The notes under the pieces: model-generated
The model's database searches: none
Told to the model about the DNA's origin: nothing
What the model saw: only the letters and a program-made list of their open reading frames with translations
Shown: piece after piece, positions 1-7,731 of the stretch
How the letters are laid out: each line of letters starts with the position of its first letter
Position numbering within the stretch: the stretch's first letter is position 1
Program-made: the position numbers and the translations under genes
IMG/VR virus record: IMGVR_UViG_3300011977_000003
Location: 1 to 38,504 of that record
Direction: 5' to 3' (one strand)
DNA length: 38,504 nt
From: a virus

Positions 1-77
1 CTTGTCGGTGATCTGGGTCAGGGCCTTGGCGAACTTGTTCTCCGGGAACTGGACCTTGTACTTGTCGGCCACCCAGA
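1..77. repeat. Terminal direct repeat, copy 1 (circular-assembly overlap)
   Basis: Bases 1..77 match 38428..38504 exactly by direct comparison. Confidence 0.95.
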
Positions 78-1434
78 TGTAGAGCTGGGCGTCGTCGGCG
101 TCTCTCCAGTATTTGTTCGGCCGGTTCCACGGCAGCTTGCCCTTGACTTCGATCGCGCCGGAGAGTTCGTTGAAGCGGATCCCCTGGAGCGCTGGATCGT
201 TCTCCAGGATCAGCGCCGCGTTGGTGATCACCGTCCGGATGTCGCCGTTCTCGTTCCTGAGCAGTTTGAGCTTCCAGGCCTCGTCTGAGTCTTCAGGGAT
301 CTCCTCGTTCTCGAAGTCCAGGACGGCCGTGTCCTGCCGGTCTTTGTCGACCGTGTGGATCGTCTCCGGATCTTCGGAAGCGAACGCTGCCATCGCTTTG
401 TAGCTCTGGGTGTCCCGGCCGCTCTTGTCCTCGTTGCCTTCATCCAGGTGGCCGAACTTGTGGATCCGGACCAGGTCGAAGGCGTTGCAGAGCTGGCCGC
501 CTGCCGGATCCGTCGAGTGGTTCGAGTAGGCGAAGGTCTCGCCGTCGTAGATCACGAGACCGGCAGCAGTGGAGCCCGCCGCGTAGGTGTAGCGGTCGGC
601 CTTGGCCGTCTGGGTGTAGACGTCCGGCAGGAACTTCGCGATCGCCTCCGGGATCGTGTAGGTCCGGCAGAAGGCGCCGACGATGCCCTTCTTGGTCAGA
701 GGGTCGCCCTGCTTGTCGGCCTGGCGCTTCCGGATGTCCGTCATCCTGGAGGAGTACGGCCAGAAGCTCGTGTCCGTCCAGTCCGGGTACTCGGCCAGGA
801 CGCTGTCGGCCTTTAGGAAGGGCGCGTCGTAGTACTTGAAGAACGGCTCGACGCCGGTGCTGTTGCTCGGCCAGTACATGAGGCGCGTCGGCTGGAAGGT
901 CGAGTCGTCGAAGTAGTCGATGCCGATCTTCTCGGCGATCTTCCTGGCGATCGCTTCGTATTCATCCGGAGAGACCTCGCGGTCGAGCGGCATGATCAGA
1001 CGGTAGCGCGGCGTGGCCTTCGAGTGCTTGTGCGTCGAGTAGACCGCCATGGCTCCGGTGATCTCCAGGTTGTTCATGAGGTTGTCCCAGAAGTCGGCAG
1101 GAGGGAAGTCCAGGTCCAGGGTGAGGATCTGACGGGCGAGGACGTAGCCGGTCTTCCGGCGTCCTTCCTTCAAGTGTCCGCCGACGAAGCCGCCGATGTC
1201 CTTGATCCGGTCCTGCTGCTCCTTTGACATTTTCATGTACTCGGCGTGGGTCTCCGGAGTCTCCACGGACTTCGAGAGCTTCAGCAGCAGGGCGGACCAG
1301 TAGATGGTCTTGTTCTTCCAGGCTGTCTCGAAGCGGCTCTTGCCGGTAGAGATCAGGAGCTCGCCGTTGTTCTGTATCTGTAGATGGTGGTCGGCGAGGC
1401 GTAGGACCTCGGCCGTGTTTGCTTTATTTGTCAT
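1..1434 (-). CDS. DNA primase/helicase, N-terminal part (primase-like domain); continues across the circular junction into 37378..38504
   Basis: This ORF is not in the track because it runs off the window edge. My translation from the ATG at 1434 reads MTNKANTAEVLRLADHHLQIQNNGELLISTGKSRFETAWKNK...RPNKYWRDADDAQLYIWVADKYKVQ with no stop. The last residues equal the start of ORF 37378..38499. The frame arithmetic is exact: 1357 + 1127 nt = 828 codons. The start overlaps the upstream stop by 11 nt. Confidence 0.85.
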   Translation of the reverse strand, partial: MTNKANTAEVLRLADHHLQIQNNGELLISTGKSRFETAWKNKTIYWSALLLKLSKSVETPETHAEYMKMSKEQQDRIKDIGGFVGGHLKEGRRKTGYVLARQILTLDLDFPPADFWDNLMNNLEITGAMAVYSTHKHSKATPRYRLIMPLDREVSPDEYEAIARKIAEKIGIDYFDDSTFQPTRLMYWPSNSTGVEPFFKYYDAPFLKADSVLAEYPDWTDTSFWPYSSRMTDIRKRQADKQGDPLTKKGIVGAFCRTYTIPEAIAKFLPDVYTQTAKADRYTYAAGSTAAGLVIYDGETFAYSNHSTDPAGGQLCNAFDLVRIHKFGHLDEGNEDKSGRDTQSYKAMAAFASEDPETIHTVDKDRQDTAVLDFENEEIPEDSDEAWKLKLLRNENGDIRTVITNAALILENDPALQGIRFNELSGAIEVKGKLPWNRPNKYWRDADDAQLYIWVADKYKVQFPENKFAKALTQITDK

Positions 1435-1915
1435 AATCCGCGACCTCCGCGTTCTTCTTCAGCCTGTTGGCCCGGTTCTCAGCGCTGACGAACTCCCGCT
1501 GGTAGTCACGGTAGGAGGCGAGCGCGTCGCGCTGCCTTTGCTTCAGGTCCTTCAGCTTGGCCTTCAGTTCTTTGAGCCGCTCCCGGTAGGCCCGGCCCTC
1601 TTTGGTCTTGCAGTACTCAGCCAGGCGCTCGATCTGGCCGGTGAGCTTGTCGATCTCCGGCTGCATCTCTGTCGCCCTGGTGTGTTGCTCCACGGCCTTG
1701 TTGGCCAGGTCTCTCCGGCCGTCCAGGAGGGCAGAGGCGCGTTGACCGCAGTGCTGGACGATGATGGCCCGCAGCTCGTCCCGGTGTTCATAGTCTTCGT
1801 CGACCAGTTTGAGCAGCTTCCGGAGTCGGGTTGCGTCGGTCGGGAAGAACTTGTCCAGCACGATGGTCGTGTGGCCCCTGCCTTCGTTGAATGTAAAAGA
1901 GATAATATTCTCCAT
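1424..1915 (-). CDS. Hypothetical coiled-coil protein (replication module)
   Basis: 163-aa ORF. The RBS aaggagg lies 5 nt upstream of the ATG at 1915. The C-terminal half is charged and heptad-like. No family recognised. Confidence 0.7.
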   Translation of the reverse strand: MENIISFTFNEGRGHTTIVLDKFFPTDATRLRKLLKLVDEDYEHRDELRAIIVQHCGQRASALLDGRRDLANKAVEQHTRATEMQPEIDKLTGQIERLAEYCKTKEGRAYRERLKELKAKLKDLKQRQRDALASYRDYQREFVSAENRANRLKKNAEVADYDK

Positions 1916-1948
1916 CGGTTCCTCCTTGCTTGTTTATGGGTAGATCCT

Positions 1949-1969
1949 CCGGGGGCGCAGGGCCCCCGG
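1949..1969 (-). promoter_or_regulatory. GC hairpin downstream of VR2 (putative DGR target-recognition cruciform)
   Basis: Stem ccgggggc (1949-1956) pairs with gcccccgg (1962-1969) around a 5-nt loop. On the minus strand it starts 9 nt after the stop of ORF 1979..2548. There is no T-run, so it is not a canonical terminator. Confidence 0.65.
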
Positions 1970-1978
1970 GATTTATGA

Positions 1979-2548
1979 TCAGTTGATAAGGAAAGCCGGG
2001 CGGACGCCGACGGAGTCCGAGGCGTTCCAGCCGGTGGCAAAACCGGTGACGTTGACGCGGCAGAAATGCGTCGCAGAGTCCTTTCGCTTGTTCTGGAGCC
2101 AGCCCCACTCCCAGCAGTTCTGCCGGAAGGCGATCCGGTTCTTCCGGTCCTTCATGAGCTCCCATTGCTCGCAGCCGTCCGGCTCGAAGTACTCAGCGTC
2201 CTCCTGGTCGAAGATCTCACCGAAGAACGGGATCCGGAGCAGGTCGCCGTTGTCGAACGGGACCATCCTGTCGCCCCAGTCGTCGAAGAGGTCGAGGATC
2301 TCCTTGCTCCTGAGCGTCTCCCTGAGGTCGCTCTCTTCATAGCCGCCCTTGTTGGTGTTCTTCCTGTTCATCGGGTAGGCCTCGTCGAGGTACTGATCCA
2401 GCAGGAAGAGGGCGCCCTTCGGCGTGACCGTCTGGCATGTGGCCGTATAATGGCCGACGCGGATCTGGTCGCCGGTCTGGGTCTCGGTGGTCTTGGTGAG
2501 CGTCTTCCGGTAGACGTCAATGCTGTGCATAGTCTCGAAGATTTCCAT
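1979..2548 (-). CDS. DGR target protein 2: small C-type-lectin-fold-like protein with a variable C-terminus
   Basis: 189-aa ORF with RBS aaggagg before the ATG at 2548. The C-terminus SATHFCRVNVTGFATGWNASDSVGVRPAFLIN aligns to the TR-encoded peptide, with changes only at TR Asn/A-containing codons. No N-terminal hydrophobic signal or TM segment is visible. Confidence 0.85.
   Translation of the reverse strand: MEIFETMHSIDVYRKTLTKTTETQTGDQIRVGHYTATCQTVTPKGALFLLDQYLDEAYPMNRKNTNKGGYEESDLRETLRSKEILDLFDDWGDRMVPFDNGDLLRIPFFGEIFDQEDAEYFEPDGCEQWELMKDRKNRIAFRQNCWEWGWLQNKRKDSATHFCRVNVTGFATGWNASDSVGVRPAFLIN
1991..2077 (-). repeat. DGR variable repeat 2 (VR2)
   Basis: 87-bp block aligned by hand to TR 16064..16150. 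It has 15 mismatches, and all fall at adenines of the TR coding (minus) strand. Confidence 0.85.
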
Positions 2549-2559
2549 GTGTGTCCTCC

Positions 2560-4533
2560 TTAGTCTTTCTTGTAGAAGGGCGTCTCGTAGGTGTCGCCCT
2601 TTAGTGGCAGGCCCGGCGCCCAGTCTATGGGCTGGCTCATGATGTCGTTGATCACGGCCGGGGCCTTGGTGTCTTCGTTCGGCACGTCGACGATCATCTC
2701 GTCGTGGACGTGCATCACGATCTTGTAGCCCAGCTCGCTGACCCGTGTCATGGCCACGGCCAGGCAGTCCCTCGCGGTCGCCTGGACGATGTTCTCGACC
2801 AGCTTCCCGCCGTATGTCTCAGTCTCTCCCCATTGCTTCGTCTCCTGGTTCACGCCCATGTAGACGATGTGGTCGCGGCCGTCCCTTGGGTCCAGCTTCA
2901 GCCGGGTGTCCCAGTAGCAGAGCTTCCGGCCGCTTGGCAGCTTGATGAAGAGGTTGCCGTTGATGTAGCTGAAGGCGATGCCGTGAGCGATCCGGACGGT
3001 CCGGTGCTCCTCGATCGCAGTCTTGGCAGCCAGCTCGCACGTCCTCCAGAGCTTCGGGATCTTCGGGTTGGCAGCCCTCCAGGCGTCCACGACGGCCTGA
3101 AGCTCCTCCTCCGGGATCGTTCCGCCCTTGTCCATGCGCTTCATGGCTCCAATGCCTCCCTGGTAGCCGCAGGCCAGCTCGGCGACCTTGCCCTTCTGTC
3201 TGAGGTGGCCGTTCTCGCCGTGCTTGACGACTGGCACCTTGTACATCTGGCTGGCCGTCTCGCAGTAGATGTCCTTCCCGGCCCGGAAGGCTTCCAGCCG
3301 CCACTCCTCCCCGGAGATCCAGCTGATCACCCTGGCCTCGATCGCCGCGAAGTCTGAGACGACGAAGCGGCAGCCGTCCGAAGGGATGAAGGCCGTCCGG
3401 ATCAGCTCGGAGAAGACGAAGGCCGTCTCCCCGAAGAGGGTCTGCATGGTGTCGAAGTCACCGGCAGCGGCGAGCTCCCTGGCCAGATCGAGATCCGGCA
3501 GCGAGTTCTTCGCGAGGTTGTGCGTCTGCACCAGTCGGCCAGCCCAGCGCCCGGAGCGGTTGGCTCCGTAGAACTGGAGGATCCCGCGAAGGCGGTGATC
3601 CTGGCAGACGGCCGTCAGCATCGTGCTGTATTTGGCCACGCTGGTCTTGCCGAGCGCCGTCCGGATCTCCAGCATCCTCCGGACGTTCTCCGGAAGATCT
3701 CCGGCCAGCGCTTCCGCGATGGTGTCCTTCGTGACGCTGGCCATCTCGACGCCCTGGCTGGCCAGCCATTTCTTCAGCTGGGCCAGGCTGTTCGGGTTGC
3801 TGAGGCCCGTGATGGTCTGGGCCTCTTCTTGTAGTTCCTGGCGCCGCTGGGTGTCATACTCGACGATTTTCTCGACCATCGGGATGTCCAGCTTCACGCC
3901 GTTGTCGTTCATGTGCTGATCCAGGGACCAGAGCGCCTGCTCCGCGTCCGGGATCTTGTAGACTGCCAGCCTCTTCAGGATCTCCTGCTCCGTGACGACG
4001 TCCTGCCGGTTGTACGCGATGAAGAGCTTCCACTTCTCCGGGTCGTGCGCCGGGAGGTTGCGCGTCCGCTGCCCGTTCGTCCGTGTTGGCTTGCAGGGCT
4101 TAGAGAAGAACTGGATCAGGGCCTTGCCCTGGGGGTCCTTCAGCTTGTCCTCCGGAAGGCCCAGCGCCATGCCCGCGTCTGCCAGGTTGCCCGGCAGGCC
4201 CATCGTGAGGGCCTTGATCATCGTGCAGCGCCACTCTTCCGGAGGCATGGCCGCGCCGGTCCACTTGGCCAGGCACGTCCGCTCGAAGTTCGCGTTGAAG
4301 GCTGTCTTGACGATGGACGGGTCCGTGAGCGCCTGGCGGAACTCGTAGAGCTCCTCGTCGAAGTCCCGGTCGACCGCCAGCGTGTCGATCACATGGACCT
4401 CGTCCTCGTCGTCGTACTTATAGCCGATCAGCAGGATGTCGAAGTCGGGCGCCTCCGTGTAGGCGTAGACGCCCGCCTTGGCCAGATCCACGGAGCTGTA
4501 GGTCTCGATGTCTATCCCCATTACTCTGTGCAT
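2560..4533 (-). CDS. Family A DNA polymerase with N-terminal 3'-5' exonuclease
   Basis: 657 aa. Contains GIDIETYS (Exo I DxE), DFAAIEARV (Pol A motif A-like) and MHVHDE (motif C-like). RBS aaggaggagg. Confidence 0.9.
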   Translation of the reverse strand: MHRVMGIDIETYSSVDLAKAGVYAYTEAPDFDILLIGYKYDDEDEVHVIDTLAVDRDFDEELYEFRQALTDPSIVKTAFNANFERTCLAKWTGAAMPPEEWRCTMIKALTMGLPGNLADAGMALGLPEDKLKDPQGKALIQFFSKPCKPTRTNGQRTRNLPAHDPEKWKLFIAYNRQDVVTEQEILKRLAVYKIPDAEQALWSLDQHMNDNGVKLDIPMVEKIVEYDTQRRQELQEEAQTITGLSNPNSLAQLKKWLASQGVEMASVTKDTIAEALAGDLPENVRRMLEIRTALGKTSVAKYSTMLTAVCQDHRLRGILQFYGANRSGRWAGRLVQTHNLAKNSLPDLDLARELAAAGDFDTMQTLFGETAFVFSELIRTAFIPSDGCRFVVSDFAAIEARVISWISGEEWRLEAFRAGKDIYCETASQMYKVPVVKHGENGHLRQKGKVAELACGYQGGIGAMKRMDKGGTIPEEELQAVVDAWRAANPKIPKLWRTCELAAKTAIEEHRTVRIAHGIAFSYINGNLFIKLPSGRKLCYWDTRLKLDPRDGRDHIVYMGVNQETKQWGETETYGGKLVENIVQATARDCLAVAMTRVSELGYKIVMHVHDEMIVDVPNEDTKAPAVINDIMSQPIDWAPGLPLKGDTYETPFYKKD

Positions 4534-4547
4534 CTGTTTCCTCCTCC

Positions 4548-5096
4548 TTAGAAGTCGTCGTCCTCGTCATCCTCGAAGCCGTCGCCGAAGTCGGACTCGG
4601 CAGAGGCGCGGGCAGCGCCCAGACGGGTGTCGTCTTTGAGCTTCTGGATGTTGTTCAGACCGACGCCGACGCCCTTGTTGCCGTTGGTGTTGAAGGCGTA
4701 GAAGTTGATGGAGGCACGGCCCCAGCAGCCGGAGTAGACCTCGTCCGGGTCGAGGATCTCGTTCAGATCCTTGTCGACGATGCCGGGCTTCTGGGTGCTG
4801 TTGGCGTTCAGGAAGTACATGCCCTCATACTCCGGAGCCTCGTCGGCTCTCTCGTCGTCTCCGTCACGGAGCGGGAGCTTCAGGTTCGCGGGCTTCTTGC
4901 CGCCCCACTTGGAGGCGATGCCTTCCTGGACAGCTTCCTCGATGGCTGCCTTGATCTTCTTGATCGTGGCCTTGTCCTCCTTCGGGATCAGCAGGCACAC
5001 GCTGTACTTGGCGTCCTGGCCAGCCTGGAAGGCGCGGCTCTTGAAGATGTTCACATAGCTGAAACGGACCTTGCCGGTGATAACTTTTGTACTCAT
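4548..5096 (-). CDS. DUF2815-family phage protein (ssDNA-binding-like)
   Basis: 182 aa. The N-terminus MSTKVITGKVRFSYVNIFK and the acidic tail DDEDDDF are typical of the DUF2815 partner of DUF2800/PolA modules. Confidence 0.75.
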   Translation of the reverse strand: MSTKVITGKVRFSYVNIFKSRAFQAGQDAKYSVCLLIPKEDKATIKKIKAAIEEAVQEGIASKWGGKKPANLKLPLRDGDDERADEAPEYEGMYFLNANSTQKPGIVDKDLNEILDPDEVYSGCWGRASINFYAFNTNGNKGVGVGLNNIQKLKDDTRLGAARASAESDFGDGFEDDEDDDF

Positions 5097-5111
5097 AGTT
5101 TTATATCCTCC

Positions 5112-6299
5112 TTAGAATTGCGGGATCGCGTCCGGATCCTCGTCTGTGTTGTTGAAGTCGGCCTTCGCGGCCTCTGTCGTGTTGATTGCTTCGCGCTTGT
5201 CGCTCTCCGGGACCAGGACCGGCTTGCCTGCCGGTTTGATCAGCAGGTCGCCCAGGGTCGTCGTGAGCTTCTTCTTGCCGACGATCTTCTCCATGGCGGT
5301 GATGCCGTAGAGCTTGCGCTCGTAGAGCATCGCCTCGTCGTAGCCAGCGGCCACGAGCTTCTCGGCCACTTTGAGGTCGTCCGCGTACTTGCGGATGGAT
5401 CTGCCCTCGACCAGCTTCCAGCCGTCGAAGTGCTTCCCGGCGAGAGCCTGCTCCAGGGCGTAGGCCTGGATGTCCTCGACCCACTTCTTCACGGAGTCGG
5501 CACGGCCCAGGACCTCGCCGATCTCCTCGTCAGTGAGAAGCGGGGGAGCCTTGAAGTCGTCCTTCGCGATCTCCAGGTTGTACTCGGCACGCTTGCGGCA
5601 GATCGCCTTGGCCGGGCACCAGCGGCACCAGTCGCCGCAGGCCATGTAGTCGGTGCCCTCCAGCGCCATGATGGCACGGGGCGCGACGTCTTCCTCAGCC
5701 CAGAGCAGGAGCTCGGAGAGCGGGACCTCCTCGGTGCTGACGTGATCCAGGCGGGGCTGGATGATCGTGTAGCGGACCGTCTCGAAGTCGTAGAGGTCGC
5801 CGAAGAGGGCAGAAGCGCCCAGGCCGTAGAGCCTCAGCTGAGCGTTGTGCTCGGCGTTCACCTTGACGCCTTTGCCGTACTTCAGGTCGATGACCTCGAT
5901 CGTGCTGCCGCCGATCACGACGGCGTCGCTGGTTCCGAAGGACTCCGGCACCCACTTGTCGAGACTGAAGTGCTGCTCGATCATGAGCTCCGCGTCGGAT
6001 CCGGCAGCGGCCAGGTGCTCGATGACCGTGTCCGCGTAGAAGTCGGTGGCCTCGTCCATCTCGCCGCACCAGTACTCGTTCTCCTGGAGCTTGGCCAGTT
6101 CCTTGTCGTACTGCTTCGGGGTGATCTCCCCGATGTTTCTCCTCAGCTTCAGCTCGGCGACCGCGTGGGCCAGGGTGCCCTCGTCAGCGTAGGGACTGGA
6201 GCCTGGGGGTGGGAGCTGGGCCGAGAGGGCGACGGAGCCGGGGCAGTTGATCCACCTCTCCGCGCTGCTCGGCGGCAGCTTGGCATGTTTACTCGGCAT
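5112..6299 (-). CDS. DUF2800-family PD-(D/E)XK (Cas4-like) nuclease
   Basis: 395 aa. Contains the KLPPSSAERWINCPGS N-terminal signature and a Cys cluster (CGDWCRWCPAKAIC). It occupies the conserved position upstream of DUF2815/PolA. Confidence 0.75.
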   Translation of the reverse strand: MPSKHAKLPPSSAERWINCPGSVALSAQLPPPGSSPYADEGTLAHAVAELKLRRNIGEITPKQYDKELAKLQENEYWCGEMDEATDFYADTVIEHLAAAGSDAELMIEQHFSLDKWVPESFGTSDAVVIGGSTIEVIDLKYGKGVKVNAEHNAQLRLYGLGASALFGDLYDFETVRYTIIQPRLDHVSTEEVPLSELLLWAEEDVAPRAIMALEGTDYMACGDWCRWCPAKAICRKRAEYNLEIAKDDFKAPPLLTDEEIGEVLGRADSVKKWVEDIQAYALEQALAGKHFDGWKLVEGRSIRKYADDLKVAEKLVAAGYDEAMLYERKLYGITAMEKIVGKKKLTTTLGDLLIKPAGKPVLVPESDKREAINTTEAAKADFNNTDEDPDAIPQF

Positions 6300-6666
6300 T
6301 GAGGGCCTCCTTTGCTTTATCCATGAGAGCCGGGAGATCTGAGAGAGCGACCTCGGTCAGCTTCTCGACTCCGAACTCCTTGATCAGGTCGCTGGCCATG
6401 TTCTTGCCGACCTTCTTGTTGAGCTTTGCCAGGGTCTTGCGGACCTCCACGCGGAAGTCTTCGGAGACCTCCGGAGCAGGAGCCTCGTCAGGCTGGCCAG
6501 CGTCCTCTTCCTGAGGCTTTTCTGCCTTCTTCGGGTTCTTCTTAGGCTTCGGCTCTTCGTCGCTCTGAGGGGCTTCTGGAGCCTTCTGGGCGGGTGCCGC
6601 TTCCGGCACTCCGATGATGTGCTTCTTGAACTCTTCGAGAGAGTCAAACGTGATAGTGATCTTCAT
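6289..6666 (-). CDS. Hypothetical protein with a Pro/Glu/Lys-rich linker
   Basis: 125-aa ORF with RBS aaggagg upstream of the ATG at 6666. No family recognised. Confidence 0.6.
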   Translation of the reverse strand: MKITITFDSLEEFKKHIIGVPEAAPAQKAPEAPQSDEEPKPKKNPKKAEKPQEEDAGQPDEAPAPEVSEDFRVEVRKTLAKLNKKVGKNMASDLIKEFGVEKLTEVALSDLPALMDKAKEALNAE

Positions 6667-6765
6667 TGTGTATGTCCTCCTTATTTGGTATAATGTTGAG
6701 TGTGTCCTTGGGCGCTGGCTTCGGTCAGGGCCCTTTTTTCATGTCCGGCATGAAGTTCACCTCCT

Positions 6766-7407
6766 TTACAGTTTGCCGTGCCGGTTCCTGAGCTCGAAGG
6801 TGAACTCCTGGACCAGCAGCGCATACTCGGACGGGCCTGCCTTGCCTTCGAGATAGGCGTCGGCGTTGCTGTCTCCGTTGTATGTCATCAGCACCCAGTA
6901 GGGATCCGAGTGTCTTCCGAAGAGCTCCCGGAGGTAGTCGGCCGCGACCATCATGTTCGGGCCCGCCTCCCAGATCTGGCTCTCGGTGACTCCCAGCCGC
7001 TCCATCCGGTCCGCGTGCCAGTAGGTGCTGACCTGCATCAGCCCGTAGCAGCCGCCGTTCACGGCCTGGGTGTTGTATGTGCTCTCATAGAAGGCGACGG
7101 CCTCCAGGAACTCCGGCTCGAAGCCGTAGGCCTCACCGGCTGCCTCAGCAGCGGCCTCGATCTCGTCGGGGATCTCCGGGTCGTTGTAGGGCTCCGGCTC
7201 GTAGACGAGAGGCGCTTCGGTCTCTTCTTCGATCGGCTCGGAGTAGGTGGCCAGGATCACCGGGGCCTCTTCAGATTGCAATGAGGCGGCAGCCTGGCGC
7301 TGGTACTCCGTCGCACTGTGCCAGTGTGCTGTGCCCGCCAGGGCGCCGATCATGCAGCCGATCGCCGCGCTGATCAGGTTCTCCTTCCATGTGTGTCTTC
7401 TTCTCAT
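6766..7407 (-). CDS. Membrane-anchored lytic transglycosylase (SLT domain)
   Basis: Contains AFYESTYN...GCYGLMQVS...YNGD, the Glu-Ser / GLMQ SLT signature. There is an N-terminal TM segment (LISAAIGCMIGALAG). I prefer the ATG at 7407 (RBS ggagga 5 nt upstream) over the track start at 7440. Confidence 0.8.
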   Translation of the reverse strand: MRRRHTWKENLISAAIGCMIGALAGTAHWHSATEYQRQAAASLQSEEAPVILATYSEPIEEETEAPLVYEPEPYNDPEIPDEIEAAAEAAGEAYGFEPEFLEAVAFYESTYNTQAVNGGCYGLMQVSTYWHADRMERLGVTESQIWEAGPNMMVAADYLRELFGRHSDPYWVLMTYNGDSNADAYLEGKAGPSEYALLVQEFTFELRNRHGKL

Positions 7408-7492
7408 GTGTGTCCTCCATGCTTTTCCGGATCGCGTCATAGGCAGCCATCGCCAGCATCGTAAGATCCGGAGCTTCGTTGCTTCTTGCCAT
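7271..7492 (-). CDS. Hypothetical small protein; 3' half overlaps the SLT gene out of frame
   Basis: A strong RBS gaaggagg precedes the ATG at 7492. The first ~30 aa look protein-like, while the remainder is Arg/Gly/Pro-rich and overlaps 6766..7407. The true extent is uncertain. Confidence 0.35.
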   Translation of the reverse strand: MARSNEAPDLTMLAMAAYDAIRKSMEDTHEKKTHMEGEPDQRGDRLHDRRPGGHSTLAQCDGVPAPGCRLIAI

Positions 7493-7505
7493 TGTGGCCT
7501 CCTTC

Positions 7506-7522
7506 GTAGAAAATTTTTCTAC
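7506..7522. promoter_or_regulatory. Operator-like palindrome GTAGAAAA-T-TTTTCTAC (copy A)
   Basis: Perfect 8+1+8 palindrome, identical to the copy at 9874..9890. It lies between the HTH gene stop (7525) and the RBS of ORF 7492. Confidence 0.6.
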
Positions 7523-7524
7523 CT

Positions 7525-7731
7525 TTAGCTTAAAAAAATAAGGGCTTGCTCCTCAGCTGTCTCGATGCCGAGGATCTCGCTGAGCTTCTTGATCTCTGAC
7601 GGTTTGAACTGGGTCTGGTTCTCGATCTTCATGGTCAGCGCCTTGGGAGAGATCCAGAGCTGGCTGGCGATGTAGTTGAGCTTCAGGCCGCTGGCGTCGA
7701 TCTTCTCGCGGAGCAGCTTCGTGTTTGTCAT
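7525..7731 (-). CDS. Small HTH DNA-binding protein (Cro/XRE-like)
   Basis: 68 aa. LKLNYIASQLWISPKALTMKIEN resembles a helix-turn-helix. ATGA start/stop overlap with the upstream HNH gene. Confidence 0.65.
   Translation of the reverse strand: MTNTKLLREKIDASGLKLNYIASQLWISPKALTMKIENQTQFKPSEIKKLSEILGIETAEEQALIFLS

Noticed and set aside
5118-6302. Long plus-strand ORFs that mirror minus-strand genes, for example 5118..6302, 11982..13199, 19781..20644, 22738..23637, 30663..31967 and 31795..33087.
   Set aside because: Each lies antisense to a minus-strand ORF with clear family signatures and an RBS. Their translations are Arg/Ala/Gly/Leu/Pro/Val-rich low complexity, as expected for shadow ORFs in GC-rich DNA, and none has a convincing RBS.
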